Of a stretch of 37,144 nucleotides of DNA, positions 1 through 8,991 are shown piece after piece. Both the position numbers and the translations under genes were made by a program. Position 1 is the stretch's first letter; every line of letters begins with the position of its first letter. This DNA is from Eubacteriales bacterium (lineage in GTDB: Bacteria > Bacillota > Clostridia > Oscillospirales > CAG-272), in assembly GCA_045633385.1 (NCBI GenBank), contig JAZQYE010000225.1, positions 1-37,144 on the forward strand, in the 5' to 3' direction. The notes beneath the pieces were generated by a model. That model was not told the DNA's origin and did no database searches. It saw nothing but the letters and a program-made list of their open reading frames with translations.

Positions 1-132
1 GCGCTGAGCAACCTGGTGTGCGTGCTGTGCATTGGCGGCTTGTTTGCCATTCGCAAGTTCCTCATTTCCAAGGCAGACCTTGCCAAGGAGCTTTCCGAGG
101 AGAACCCTCAAAACGAGGCAAATAAAGAGTAA
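1..132 (+). CDS. 3' end of a CDS entering from upstream (hydrophobic helix plus acidic tail; family not identifiable)
   Basis: Frame 1 is open from the window edge to TAA at 130-132 and reads ALSNLVCVLCIGGLFAIRKFLISKADLAKELSEENPQNEANKE. It is absent from the ORF track because no start lies in the window. Confidence 0.45.
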   Translation, partial: ALSNLVCVLCIGGLFAIRKFLISKADLAKELSEENPQNEANKE

Positions 133-144
133 ATCATATCAAAA

Positions 145-193
145 CAGGGCTTTGTCAAATGCAAACTGCGTTTGGTGGAGTCCTGATTTTTTG
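145..193 (+). terminator. Putative intrinsic terminator of the upstream CDS
   Basis: CAGGGCT (145-151) pairs with AGTCCTG (179-185, one G:U). An inner CAAAC/GTTTG hairpin lies at 162-174, followed by a T6 run at 187-192. Confidence 0.35.
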
Positions 194-315
194 TAAACCG
201 TACAAACAATTTAGCGTATCAAATTGTGATTTTGATAAAACTTACAAAGAGTTGTGCAATTTGTACAAAAATGGGGGGGGCTTTCGTTGAAAACGCCGAA
301 TTTTGACCAAGGTAC

Positions 316-344
316 TTGACAACGACCAAAAAATGTGGTAGAAT
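316..344 (+). promoter_or_regulatory. Sigma-A type promoter for the LRR lipoprotein gene
   Basis: TTGACA (316-321), 17-nt spacer, TAGAAT (339-344), with a TG extended -10 at 336-337. It lies 48 nt upstream of ATG 392. Confidence 0.6.
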
Positions 345-391
345 ACACTTGCGGGAGTCTCCGCAAATATATTTTGAAAGGAGAAATCAAA

Positions 392-3349
392 ATGAAGAAG
401 GTATTGATCATTGTCGTCGCTGTGCTGCTGTGTTGCTCTTTGTGCTCTTGCTTGAATATGCTAAAGGGGCTTTTGGAGTTGGAGATGACCACCGAGGAAG
501 CAGAGGAAACCACGCCCGTGGAAGAGGAAACCGAAGCACCCACGCCTCAGCCGCCTGCCGCCAAAAAGGAGAGCGTCGGCTTGGAGTATCTGTCACTTGG
601 TGACGGCACCTGCGTTGTTATGGGAATAGGAGCGTGCACCGACCGTGACGTTGTCATTCCTGCGGTTTCTCCCGAGGGAGACACCGTTGTGGGCATTCAA
701 AAAGAGGCTTTTCAGCACACGCTGATCAAATCGGTCGATATTCCGGGAACCGTTACGCGCATTGAATCGAATGCGTTTTACGCATGTAAGTCTTTGGAAA
801 CGGTTGTCATCCGCCAAGGCGTGACCGAAATTTGCGAGGATGCCTTTAAAAAGTGCTCCTCCTTGACCACGCTCTATCTTCCCGATGGTCTTGAAATCAT
901 CAGAGACAGGGCGTTCCGCGGTTGTACGGGAATCAAAGAGATCTTTTTGCCCAAGGGCTTGCAAACCATTGGAGACGAGGCGTTTGGCAAGTGCTTTGCG
1001 TTAAAGCAGGTCACGTTCTCCAACGGTCTTGAAAAGATTGGCGAAAGAGCGTTTTTGGAATGCGCCGAGCTGACCGAGGTGCTGTTGCCGAAGACTGTTT
1101 CGGCGGTAGATCCTTTAGCCTTTGTGGGATGCACCAAGCTGACCTTGCAGGTGCACGAACAAAACCCCTTTATTTACGCTTCGGAGAATCGTTTGATCAC
1201 GTACGAGGATAAAATGCTGATGCTTTCGCTCGGCAACCTTGAAATTCCCGCCGACGGCTCCGTTACCAAAATCGGACCGCGCGTATTCTATGAAAATGCA
1301 GATGCCGTTACGATGGTCATTCCCAATTCCGTAACGCATATTGGAGAGTCGGCGTTTTATCATTGTCAAAATTTGAAGACCGTACAGCTTGGAAACAGCC
1401 TGGTATTGATTGGGGAAAATGCGTTTTACCAATGCTCGGCATTGGAGCTGGCAGATCTTCCGTCCACGCTGATCTACGTTGGACCGCGCGCGTTTTATGA
1501 TTGCGTCAATTTGCAAAAGGCGGAATTGGCATCCTCGCTGACGTACCTTGGTGCGGAGGCATTTTATAACTGCTCGTCCTTGACCGAGATCACGATCCCG
1601 TCCGGCGTGAAGGCTCTGTACGCAAATACGTTTTGGAATTGCGATCATCTTACGTCCGCTACCGTTGCGGGTAGCGTTCGATCCATTGGAGAAGGTGCGT
1701 TTAATAGCTGCTCTGCCTTGAAAACGGTTATCCTGCAGGATGGAATTGTAAGCATTGAAAAGAATGCATTCTATTATTGCCAAGCCTTGGAAGAGCTTCA
1801 ACTTCCCGCTACGTTGGAGGAGATTGGAGAAAATGCCTTTTATCATGACTATTCCTTAAAAGAGTTGAATTTGCCAAATGGGCTTAAAAAGATTGGCGCG
1901 AACGCATTTGAAAATATCGGTGTGCGAGAGCTTACAATTCCCAAAAGCTTGAAAACAATAGGGAATTATGCATTTTATCATTGCTTTTCGCTTCGCTCGT
2001 TGAAGTTTGAGGGATTGACGGATAAGCTTTCTATCGGTGCGTATGCATTTGCCGGAGCACCATTTAGAGAGCTTGACCTTTGGTATGTCGGAAGCGGTTC
2101 ACTTGGAGTAGGTGCTTTTGCAGAGTGTACGCAGTTGAAAAGCGTAGAGCTCCCCGGTGTTGAGATCCTTCCCACAAAGCTGTTTGCCGATTGTACACAA
2201 TTGCAATCGATTTTGATTTCGTCTTCTACCAAGCAGATTCAGGAGGATGCATTTGTCGGCTGTGAATCATTGACCGATTTTCAGCTTGCAAGCTATACGT
2301 TCGCTTTTAGCGTTGTAAAAGGTTGCTTGATCGACGTTGAAAACAAGCACCTGATTTGGGGAAATGACCCTTCGAATATTCCCACCAACGGTAGCGTTGT
2401 CAGTATCGGTAAGGATGCTTTTCGAAACAGCAACGTGACCACGCTCGTTTTACCGAGCACCATCGTGTCTATCGGAGAGTATGCATTTGCAAACTGCAAG
2501 CAATTGGAGGAGGTCGTGCTTCCCGAAGGAATGCGCGAGATTGGAAGCTACGCATTTTATGATTGCGAAAAGTTAGCCAAAATCAATTTGCCCGACGGTA
2601 TTACAAGCATTGGTCGAGGTGCATTTCAAAGTTGTGTTGCTCTGCATGAGATCAAAATGCCCGGAGCTTGCACCGTTGTGTCTGAAGATCTGTTTTATAA
2701 TTGTACGCAATTGCAAAGCGTTACGCTTTCCCCTTATACAACACAAATCGGGGATTACGCTTTTTCAAAGACTGCGCTGGTAAATATCGATCTTCCCAAA
2801 GTGATCTTTTACGTTGGTGAGGGGGCGTTTTTCGAATGCACCGCCTTGCAGTCGATCACGTTGCCCGATGCACTTGTCGCAATCTCCAGAAGAGCCTTTT
2901 ACAATTGCGGCTCGCTTTCGTACGTTTATATTCCCGCAGACGTTACGCAAATCGATGCAACTGCCTTTTACGGATGCAAAGGGCTTGAAAAAATTGAGAT
3001 CCATTCCGCAAACAAACGGTATTTCGAATCAGGCAATTGCATTGTTGAGCGGAAAGCAAGCAATGAAATTTTGATTACCGGTTGCCTGCCTTCCATTCCT
3101 CAAAACGTCAGCAAGGTGGGAAATATGAGCAACTGCGCTCTTACTACCATTACAATTCCCAAAACAATTTCTACCATTTATGCAAATGCCTTTTCGGAGT
3201 GCAACGCCTTGCGTGAAATTGTTTATGAGGGAACGGTAGAGCAGTGGTACGCTATGAAAAAGGGAAAGAATTGGTACGGCTCTATCGATATGACCAAGCT
3301 TGTCATTCGGTGCTCTGACGGATGCGCCGACGTAGAGCGTTCAAGGTAA
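392..3349 (+). CDS. BspA-type leucine-rich-repeat (LRR_5, PF13306-like) surface lipoprotein
   Basis: ORF track 335..3349. I place the start at ATG 392 (GGAG at 381-384) because MKKVLIIVVAVLLCCSLCSC is a lipoprotein-type signal peptide. The rest is dozens of units of about 23-25 aa with the pattern I-x-x-x-AF-x-x-C-x-x-L-x-x-(I/V)-x-(L/I)P. The C-terminal cap reads YEGTVEQW...IRCSDG. Confidence 0.9.
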   Translation: MKKVLIIVVAVLLCCSLCSCLNMLKGLLELEMTTEEAEETTPVEEETEAPTPQPPAAKKESVGLEYLSLGDGTCVVMGIGACTDRDVVIPAVSPEGDTVVGIQKEAFQHTLIKSVDIPGTVTRIESNAFYACKSLETVVIRQGVTEICEDAFKKCSSLTTLYLPDGLEIIRDRAFRGCTGIKEIFLPKGLQTIGDEAFGKCFALKQVTFSNGLEKIGERAFLECAELTEVLLPKTVSAVDPLAFVGCTKLTLQVHEQNPFIYASENRLITYEDKMLMLSLGNLEIPADGSVTKIGPRVFYENADAVTMVIPNSVTHIGESAFYHCQNLKTVQLGNSLVLIGENAFYQCSALELADLPSTLIYVGPRAFYDCVNLQKAELASSLTYLGAEAFYNCSSLTEITIPSGVKALYANTFWNCDHLTSATVAGSVRSIGEGAFNSCSALKTVILQDGIVSIEKNAFYYCQALEELQLPATLEEIGENAFYHDYSLKELNLPNGLKKIGANAFENIGVRELTIPKSLKTIGNYAFYHCFSLRSLKFEGLTDKLSIGAYAFAGAPFRELDLWYVGSGSLGVGAFAECTQLKSVELPGVEILPTKLFADCTQLQSILISSSTKQIQEDAFVGCESLTDFQLASYTFAFSVVKGCLIDVENKHLIWGNDPSNIPTNGSVVSIGKDAFRNSNVTTLVLPSTIVSIGEYAFANCKQLEEVVLPEGMREIGSYAFYDCEKLAKINLPDGITSIGRGAFQSCVALHEIKMPGACTVVSEDLFYNCTQLQSVTLSPYTTQIGDYAFSKTALVNIDLPKVIFYVGEGAFFECTALQSITLPDALVAISRRAFYNCGSLSYVYIPADVTQIDATAFYGCKGLEKIEIHSANKRYFESGNCIVERKASNEILITGCLPSIPQNVSKVGNMSNCALTTITIPKTISTIYANAFSECNALREIVYEGTVEQWYAMKKGKNWYGSIDMTKLVIRCSDGCADVERSR

Positions 3350-3374
3350 AATTTTAAAAGGATTTTGTTTATCA

Positions 3375-4061
3375 ATGACCAAGCTATGTATTTTCGATTT
3401 GGACGGTACGGTGCTGGATACCGTTCCGTCCATTGCCCACTATGCCAACGGGGCGTTGGAAAAAAACGGCGTTGCACCGATTGCGGAGCACGAATACAAA
3501 TACCTTGCCGGCAAGGGAATTGCCAATTTGGTAGAGGGGATGCTGCGCTTTCGCGGCTGTTACAGCCAAGAGCTGTATGCGCGCGTGTATCACGATTACG
3601 ATACGGCGTACAATGCGGACGTTGCCTATAAAACCACCATTTTTGAGGGGCTCAAGCCCGTGCTCGATCAACTCCGCGCGCGCGGCATTCTGTTGACCAT
3701 CGTTTCCAACAAGCCCGACTTTGCCGCGCAGACCGTGGTCAAAGCGCTGTATGGGGAGGGGTATTTTGCATACGTTACGGGGCAAAAGCCGGGTGGCGTG
3801 CTCAAGCCCGATCCCTCGGTGGTGCTCTCCGTGATGGAGCAATTTGAGGCACGCCCCGCGGATTGCGTTTACGTGGGCGACACCTCCACCGATATGCTCA
3901 CGGGCAAAAACGCAAATCTCTATACCGTGGGTGTGCTTTGGGGCTTTCGCGGCCGCGAGGAGCTGGAGGAAAACGGCGCCGATGCCATTGCCGCCACTCC
4001 CGCGGAGCTTTTGGAGCTGATTTTGAAACGATTTTGTGCTTTGGGAGAAAACAATGTCTGA
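3375..4061 (+). CDS. HAD-superfamily hydrolase, phosphoglycolate-phosphatase-like (HAD-IA)
   Basis: 228-aa ORF with motif I FDLDGTVLDT, motif II VSNK and motif IV VGDTSTD. Substrate cannot be assigned from sequence alone. Confidence 0.85.
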   Translation: MTKLCIFDLDGTVLDTVPSIAHYANGALEKNGVAPIAEHEYKYLAGKGIANLVEGMLRFRGCYSQELYARVYHDYDTAYNADVAYKTTIFEGLKPVLDQLRARGILLTIVSNKPDFAAQTVVKALYGEGYFAYVTGQKPGGVLKPDPSVVLSVMEQFEARPADCVYVGDTSTDMLTGKNANLYTVGVLWGFRGREELEENGADAIAATPAELLELILKRFCALGENNV

Positions 4062-6255
4062 AATTTTTTACTATCAAAACCGCAACGGCTCGTTGACCGA
4101 GCTGTACCGCGACGGCGGATTTGTCTTTCTTTTAAAAGATGCAGAGGGGGAGCACACGCTACCGCTTTATCAAACCGATTTTCAACCCGGGCAGGCAAAA
4201 AAGCCATACCTTGGTTACTCCAAGGAGGAGGTCATGGCGTCGGGGCGCGATCTGCTTGGGGAGGCACTGTTAAAAGACGGAGATCCCGACTACGCCGCCG
4301 TCAAATCGGCTCTGCCACCTCTTGTAACCGATACCTACGCCATGCTTGGCGGTGTTACCTCGGTTGCGGGGCTGACCGTTGATGCCAACGGAACAGTGTT
4401 TCATCAGCTTTCGGGAAGGAGTCGCACCACAAGCCCGATCTTCACCCCCTCCGAATACGATCCCGATCTGGGGTCGCTCAAGCCCTATCAAGCTTTGGTG
4501 GGGAAGGAATATCCGTTGCTTTTGTCGGTTCATACCGATGGCAGCAGGACACTGGAATTCCTCTACTTTGTAGAGCCCACCGAGCCCGACCGCGATCCGA
4601 TTTGCTGGATTCGCATCAAGAGATATCAAAACGCCGCTCCGGAACGCGTTGCGATAGAATACCGTGTGGCAGCCATTGCACGCGAAGCGGACGAGCGTGA
4701 GCTGTTTGAAACGCCCCCCTCGGAAGCGTTGTTTTTGGATGCCTTGTACGATACGGTCGGCTTTTGGATCAGCTTTGCGCAGGAGGGTGCCGATTTTGTT
4801 TTGCCCGAGGAGGAGCTTGCAAGGGTTGCCAAAAGTGCGCCTGCCTTTGCGGCGCTTACCTTTACGTGTGAGCACGCGCATTATGGGCATCGCTTTTACG
4901 GCAAGGAGCTGCACGACCATTTTCCTCCCAATTATATTTTTGCATTGGATGGGTTGATCAGCGTTGGTAAGCATGCCGAAGCACGCGCCGTTTTTTTGCA
5001 TTTTCTCAAATACGTTTTGCGCTTGGACGGAAAAATCAACTATCGGCAGGGTACGGGCTTGCATTTTGGCGCAAGCGCGGCCGAATACGGTATGCTCCTT
5101 TACTTGGCGGGCAGATATCGCAACGCGCTCGGCATTGATGCGCTTGAAAAAAAGGAGCGGCAAAAGCTGATCGGCATGGGCGAGGAGCTCTTAGAGCATT
5201 TGGTCGTATGCGAGGAGCTTGACGGTCTTGTACTGATCAAAATGTGTGCCGAGGCGGATACCAACGAGCGCGTACACGTTTACCTGAACAACAATTTGTG
5301 GGCAATACGCGGTCTGGAGGCGTTGGCATCTCTGTTGGAGCAAGAGCAGGGGGCACGCTACCGTGATGCGGCAGAGCTTTTGCGTGCCAACGTGACAAAT
5401 GCTTTGAACCGTTATGCGGTACGTGATACGCGCTTTGGAACGTTGCCGCCGTTTCGTCTCGGTTATACCGCAACGCCCATGACGCTCTCCTTGTGTGAGG
5501 ACACCTTTCTTCCGCTGGATGGAGATGCCCGCGCCAAATACTTTGGTACGACGTGGCAACGGGATGACATGGGAGACGGTGAGGACGTGATTGAAAATTC
5601 GTACGCCAACTACCGATATTACCAGGAGATGCTTTCCTCGATGCTTTTGCCGAGGGAGCACGCCGATGCCATTGTCAAAATGAAGGAATCCATCGGCGGT
5701 GAAACGCTTGGCATGACGCGTCTGCTTGCGCAGATCGATGATTGGCCCGTGCTCAATTACGCACGCTTTTTGCTGGAAACGGGAAGGATCGAAAAGTATC
5801 TTTTGCTCCTTTACGCGCACGCCACGCACCACGGAGATCCCGATTTGATGACCTATTACGAGCAGGTCAATATTGAGGGGAAGGTGGTTGCTTACGATTG
5901 CATCCCGTCGCTTTGGACGGTTCCCACCATGCTTGCATGGTCGTTTGCCTACGAGGAGATGGATGGAGAATGCGTAAAGCTTCTTTCCGCGCTCCCCAAG
6001 GCGTGGTATCAGATGCCGTTTGCGGCAAAGGGGATCGGTTATTCCAATGGCAGAATCGACATCTGCTCGGACGGTGAGCAGATCGAAATCGATTTTGACC
6101 AGCCACCGCAAAAGCCTGTTGAGATCGTTTGGCGAGCAAAAGAGCGTATTTTGCCAAAGGATATTCGGGTGGGTGCCGCATACGTTGAGGATATTCGCGC
6201 CAACGTGCTGATATTGAAGGCAGGCTGCAAGCACGTAACGCTTGCGGTGCGCTGA
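4054..6255 (+). CDS. Hypothetical cytoplasmic protein, possibly (alpha/alpha)6-barrel glycoside-hydrolase-like
   Basis: ORF track 4036..6255. The preferred start is ATG 4054 (GGGAGAA at 4043-4049), overlapping the HAD stop by 8 nt, which suggests translational coupling. No signal peptide. The helix-rich C-terminal two thirds (NNNLWAIRGLEALASLL, LLLLYAHATHHGD) resemble six-hairpin glycosidases, but no catalytic motif was recognised. Confidence 0.75.
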   Translation: MSEIFYYQNRNGSLTELYRDGGFVFLLKDAEGEHTLPLYQTDFQPGQAKKPYLGYSKEEVMASGRDLLGEALLKDGDPDYAAVKSALPPLVTDTYAMLGGVTSVAGLTVDANGTVFHQLSGRSRTTSPIFTPSEYDPDLGSLKPYQALVGKEYPLLLSVHTDGSRTLEFLYFVEPTEPDRDPICWIRIKRYQNAAPERVAIEYRVAAIAREADERELFETPPSEALFLDALYDTVGFWISFAQEGADFVLPEEELARVAKSAPAFAALTFTCEHAHYGHRFYGKELHDHFPPNYIFALDGLISVGKHAEARAVFLHFLKYVLRLDGKINYRQGTGLHFGASAAEYGMLLYLAGRYRNALGIDALEKKERQKLIGMGEELLEHLVVCEELDGLVLIKMCAEADTNERVHVYLNNNLWAIRGLEALASLLEQEQGARYRDAAELLRANVTNALNRYAVRDTRFGTLPPFRLGYTATPMTLSLCEDTFLPLDGDARAKYFGTTWQRDDMGDGEDVIENSYANYRYYQEMLSSMLLPREHADAIVKMKESIGGETLGMTRLLAQIDDWPVLNYARFLLETGRIEKYLLLLYAHATHHGDPDLMTYYEQVNIEGKVVAYDCIPSLWTVPTMLAWSFAYEEMDGECVKLLSALPKAWYQMPFAAKGIGYSNGRIDICSDGEQIEIDFDQPPQKPVEIVWRAKERILPKDIRVGAAYVEDIRANVLILKAGCKHVTLAVR

Positions 6256-6345
6256 AAAAAGAGACTGTCTGTTTGACAGAATCAAAAATCCGCGGAGCTG
6301 AGAAGCTTGATTTTGAACGGATGATATTTTGAAGGGAGAAAAAAC

Positions 6346-6726
6346 ATGAAAAAGTGTATTGCAATGCTGTTGGTGTTTCTTTTTGTGCTGTCGTTTGCAA
6401 GCTGTTCGCATCAGGATGCATCCGAGTATGTTGTGAGGGATGGAGAAAATTCATATATCATTTTACCGGAATCCGGAGAGCATGTTTATTGCTATGATCT
6501 TGAACCGTATTTGGAGCATATTGATCTCAACATGCTGAAAAAAGCAGAGAGAGTATTAAAAGAGAAAGCGGAACCGTATGAAGCAAATGGGACATACTAT
6601 GAGTTGGATCTGGAAGACGAAAGGCTGTGCCTTGTTCTATTTGCGTATCTTGATTCCCATACGGGGTGTGGGAATCGTCCGGTTAAAACTTTTCAAGAAC
6701 CCATCTCTCGCGTTGTAGAGCCTTGA
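6346..6726 (+). CDS. Small lipoprotein, unknown function (paralog 1)
   Basis: RBS GGGAG at 6334-6338. Signal peptide plus lipobox MKKCIAMLLVFLFVLSFASC. Shares YIILPESGE, LKEKAEPY, CGNR and FQEPI with the next gene. Confidence 0.8.
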   Translation: MKKCIAMLLVFLFVLSFASCSHQDASEYVVRDGENSYIILPESGEHVYCYDLEPYLEHIDLNMLKKAERVLKEKAEPYEANGTYYELDLEDERLCLVLFAYLDSHTGCGNRPVKTFQEPISRVVEP

Positions 6727-6765
6727 TTTTTTTTGAACAGATGATATTTTGAAGGAAGAAAAACT

Positions 6766-7188
6766 ATGAAAAAATATCTTGCATTGTTGTTAGCGCTCAT
6801 TTGCATGTGTTCGTTTGTGGGGTGCTTTCATTATGTGAAAGCTGAGTTTGGCAGCGAGGAAGAAACGTCCGAAATGTCCGAGTTCGTTGTCAAAGAGGAG
6901 GATTTCTATTACGTGATCCTGCCGCAGTCGGGGGAGCGTGTTCTTGTGTTTCCGCAATATAACGACTATATGAACGACGTTGCCTCTGAAATGCTCAAAG
7001 CCGCAGAGCCGATCTTAAAGGAGAAAACCGAGCCGTACAAGGAATACGGCGAGCCGACCTACGGCTTTCGATTTGAGGACGGCAGATTGTATCTTCGCGC
7101 GCAGGTATATACAGAGCCTGACGGATGGTGCGGTAATCGCAACTACGAGGTCTTTCAAGAACCCATCACACCTGTGATAGAAAATTAA
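6766..7188 (+). CDS. Small lipoprotein, unknown function (paralog 2)
   Basis: MKKYLALLLALICMCSFVGC lipoprotein signal. Conserved blocks YVILPQSGE, LKEKTEPY, CGNR and FQEPI. The upstream 40 nt are nearly identical to those before 6346. Confidence 0.8.
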   Translation: MKKYLALLLALICMCSFVGCFHYVKAEFGSEEETSEMSEFVVKEEDFYYVILPQSGERVLVFPQYNDYMNDVASEMLKAAEPILKEKTEPYKEYGEPTYGFRFEDGRLYLRAQVYTEPDGWCGNRNYEVFQEPITPVIEN

Positions 7189-7202
7189 AATCATCAAAAC
7201 AA

Positions 7203-7242
7203 AAGTGGGATGTCTCAAGCAACCGTTGAGGCATCCCACTTT
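7203..7242. terminator. Bidirectional intrinsic terminator between the convergent lipoprotein gene and nagA
   Basis: AAGTGGGATGTCTCAA (7203-7218) pairs with TTGAGGCATCCCACTT (7227-7242) over 16 bp with one G:U and a 7-8 nt loop. T-rich runs follow on both strands. Confidence 0.8.
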
Positions 7243-7247
7243 GTTAT

Positions 7248-8402
7248 TTATTCAAGTTCTATTTTGTTACCGCCCACAAAAATGCTTGAGATTTGAACAT
7301 CTTCGTCAAACACGATCAGGTCGGCGTCAAAGCCTGCGCGCAATTGCCCCTTGTTCAGCTTTAAGAGGCGTGCGGGAATTTCTGTCAGCATCTTTACGCT
7401 CGTGGGCACGTCAAAGCCGCATTCCTTGGTCAAGGTGCGGATCAAAACGTCGCCCGTTGCAATACTGCCGCAAAAAGCACTGCGGTCGGGCAGCTTTGCC
7501 ACGCCATCCTCGATGATGTAAGAAACGGCAGTGTCGGAGCGTGTCTCTGTTTGCACGGTTCCTGCAAGATCAATGCTGTCGGTGGTCAACATCACGCGGT
7601 CGGTGCCTTTGATCTTGATGATCATGCAAATGAGCTCGGGCGGCAGATGCTTTCCGTCGGCAATCAGCTCGGCGTAAAGCTCGTCGCGCAAATAGGTGCT
7701 CTCGATCACACCAAGACTGCGAAATCCGTGGTCGCGCGTGACCGTGGAGGTGCAGGAGTACAAATGCGTGATCAAATTGCAACCGTTGTCAATTGCCGTG
7801 CACATATCGTCGTATTTGGCGTTGGAGTGACCCGCCGAGGCGATTACGCCGCGCTCGGTGATGTAGCGGCAAAATCTGCCGTCCTTGTCAAATTCGGGGG
7901 CGTAGGTCCATCGCTTGACCGTGTCACCGTACAGCTCCATCATTTCCTCGTAGTCCTCTTGAACGGGGGGCGTGATGTATTGCGGAGGCTGACCGCCGCA
8001 TTGCGCGGGATTGAGGTAGGGCCCCTCGATGTGCACACCGGGGGCATTGGAGCGGATCAAGCCCTGTTCGCGTGCCTGCAAAAAGGATGCAATGGTCTGT
8101 TTGGTATGTGCGTGCGGGCAGGCGAAAACGGTGGGCAGAATGGTGGTAGTGCCGTGCGAGAGGTGAAAATTGCAGGCATCGGCAATTTGCTGTGGTGTGG
8201 TCAAATAAAAGCCGTAGCCTACCGCGCCGTGCGTGTGCGTGTCAATAAAACCGGGGGAGAGATAACGCCCCGTAAAGTCGTAGCATTGATCGGCAGGATA
8301 CTCCCGCTCGGTCACCTCTGTAATTTTGCCGTCCTCGACGTACAAAAAGCCGTCAAACAAATGCTCCCCAATAATGATCTTGTCACTTTTGATCCGAATC
8401 AT
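7248..8402 (-). CDS. nagA: N-acetylglucosamine-6-phosphate deacetylase (amidohydrolase superfamily)
   Basis: 384-aa ORF with GFIDTHTHG metal-binding motif, AGHSNA, ITHLYS and YAELIADGKH blocks typical of NagA (COG1820). RBS AAGGAG precedes the start. Confidence 0.8.
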   Translation of the reverse strand: MIRIKSDKIIIGEHLFDGFLYVEDGKITEVTEREYPADQCYDFTGRYLSPGFIDTHTHGAVGYGFYLTTPQQIADACNFHLSHGTTTILPTVFACPHAHTKQTIASFLQAREQGLIRSNAPGVHIEGPYLNPAQCGGQPPQYITPPVQEDYEEMMELYGDTVKRWTYAPEFDKDGRFCRYITERGVIASAGHSNAKYDDMCTAIDNGCNLITHLYSCTSTVTRDHGFRSLGVIESTYLRDELYAELIADGKHLPPELICMIIKIKGTDRVMLTTDSIDLAGTVQTETRSDTAVSYIIEDGVAKLPDRSAFCGSIATGDVLIRTLTKECGFDVPTSVKMLTEIPARLLKLNKGQLRAGFDADLIVFDEDVQISSIFVGGNKIELE

Positions 8403-8458
8403 GGTATCGCTCCTTTTTTATCGGCATCGGCGCAAATTTGCCGTACCGTTCTGCTTTT

Positions 8459-8487
8459 ATTATAGCACACCCGCCCGGCGTTTGCAA
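8459..8487 (-). promoter_or_regulatory. Promoter of nagA
   Basis: On the minus strand: TTGCAA (8482-8487), 17-nt spacer, TATAAT (8459-8464), preceded by TGTGC (extended -10). Confidence 0.55.
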
Positions 8488-8690
8488 GAGGGAAGGGGAA
8501 AATAACGAAAAAGGGACGAAGCTTTATGCAATCGGCATAATTCTTCGCCCCTGCGCCGCGTTTGAGACGCTGTCTGATATGACCGTCGCATCGCGTGTCG
8601 CTTTGACAAAGGGACTGTTCATCCACGAAAAAGCCCTCGTTGCCAAAGCGCACCCGCGTGCGTCTGTTCAGCTTGCGCCCGTAACACGGC

Positions 8691-8720
8691 GTTTTGCAAA
8701 AAGAGGATGACCATCACTCT
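8691..8720 (-). terminator. Possible terminator downstream of the SASP gene
   Basis: Imperfect hairpin AGAGTGATGGTCATCCTCT (minus strand, 8702-8720) followed by TTTTGCAAAAC. The stem is short with a bulge. Confidence 0.3.
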
Positions 8721-8774
8721 TTTTACATCTTGCGGCTATCATCCGCAAACGGAATTTTGGAAAAAAAGCTTTCC

Positions 8775-8972
8775 TTATTTCGTCTTAATGGAGTTCTCGT
8801 AGGACTCGATCATCTTCTTGACCATCTGTCCGCCAACAGAACCAGCCTGCTTGGAAGTGAGATCGCCGTTGTAGCCTTGCTTCAGGTTTACACCGACCTC
8901 ATTTGCAGCTTCCATCTTGAATCTTTCCAGGGCTTCCTTAGCCTCGGGAACAAGAGTCTTGTTGCTTGCCAT
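8775..8972 (-). CDS. Alpha/beta-type small acid-soluble spore protein (SASP, PF00269-like)
   Basis: 65 aa: MASNKTLVPEAKEALERFKMEAANEVGVNL...GSVGGQMVKKMIE. Both conserved SASP blocks and a GPR-type cleavage region (EAANE) are present. RBS GAGGAG lies 8 nt upstream. Confidence 0.9.
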   Translation of the reverse strand: MASNKTLVPEAKEALERFKMEAANEVGVNLKQGYNGDLTSKQAGSVGGQMVKKMIESYENSIKTK

Positions 8973-8991
8973 AGCTTGATTTCTCCTCTTC

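Noticed and set aside
335-391. N-terminal extension MVEYTCGSLRKYILKGEIK of the LRR protein given in the ORF track
   Set aside because: It starts inside the -10 region of the predicted promoter. ATG 392 has a proper RBS and begins a canonical lipoprotein signal peptide.
4270-6454. Minus-strand ORFs of 297, 406 and 195 aa
   Set aside because: They overlap the 4054-6255 plus-strand CDS and the first lipoprotein gene. They have Arg/Cys/His-rich odd composition and no RBS or motifs.
7551-8465. 304-aa plus-strand ORF
   Set aside because: Antisense to nagA, whose amidohydrolase motifs are unambiguous on the minus strand.
8403-8774. Small ORFs (84 aa minus, 90 aa plus) and possible RNA in the 372-nt nagA-SASP spacer
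   Set aside because: No RBS, no recognisable protein motif and no known RNA family signature. The left part is accounted for by the nagA promoter. The remainder may be decayed sequence, but I cannot support a call.
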